This document shows, piece after piece, positions 35,941-36,052 of a DNA stretch of 36,052 nt. The DNA comes from a virus (taxonomy: Duplodnaviria; Caudoviricetes). A program made the position numbers and the translations under genes. Location: positions 1-36,052 of the IMG/VR virus record IMGVR_UViG_3300011434_000017. One strand, written 5' to 3'. A model generated the notes under the pieces. It was given only the letters and a program-made list of their open reading frames with translations, did no database searches and had not been told where the DNA came from. How positions within the stretch are numbered: position 1 is the stretch's first letter; the number at the start of each line of letters is the position of its first letter.

Positions 35941-36052
35941 ACATGGCCCCTAATTTTTACTAGTATAACCGCTCTAATCGCTGGTATATTAATAAAAAGT
36001 AAAACCATATCACAGTAAGTAGGCCACCATTGTTTCACTAGTCCATGCATAC

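Noticed and set aside
36036-36042. Terminal repeat/circular overlap with the window start (CACTAGT)
   Set aside because: Only 7 bp, not at the very end, and this motif is common here; the genome is probably incomplete in this window

Overview
The whole window is part of a tailed dsDNA phage genome (siphovirus-like; no host genes, integrase, rRNA/tRNA or CRISPR seen). There are three blocks. (1) 326-1600: a short leftward operon of small genes behind a near-consensus sigma70 promoter, next to a GC/C-run intergenic region that may be the packaging/terminus site. (2) 1858-25252: a rightward late operon. An unusual ~7.7 kb cluster of adhesin/beta-helix/lipoprotein genes, several with apparent export signals, precedes TerL, HK97-type portal, protease and capsid, head-tail joining genes, tail tube, a -1 frameshifted tail chaperone pair, tape measure, and a cysteine-rich tail-tip module. 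(3) 25209-35940: a leftward replication/nucleotide block with an Xre HTH, ThyA, family A polymerase, dNMP kinase-like protein, duplicated MazG-like protein, DnaG-type primase fused to an MCM-like helicase, DUF6527-like protein and Nudix hydrolase. Gene style suggests a Planctomycetota host (inference only). The best candidates for a novel system are the signal-peptide-bearing pre-terminase cluster and the Cys-rich tail tip. All family calls come from motif recognition by eye, not database searches.
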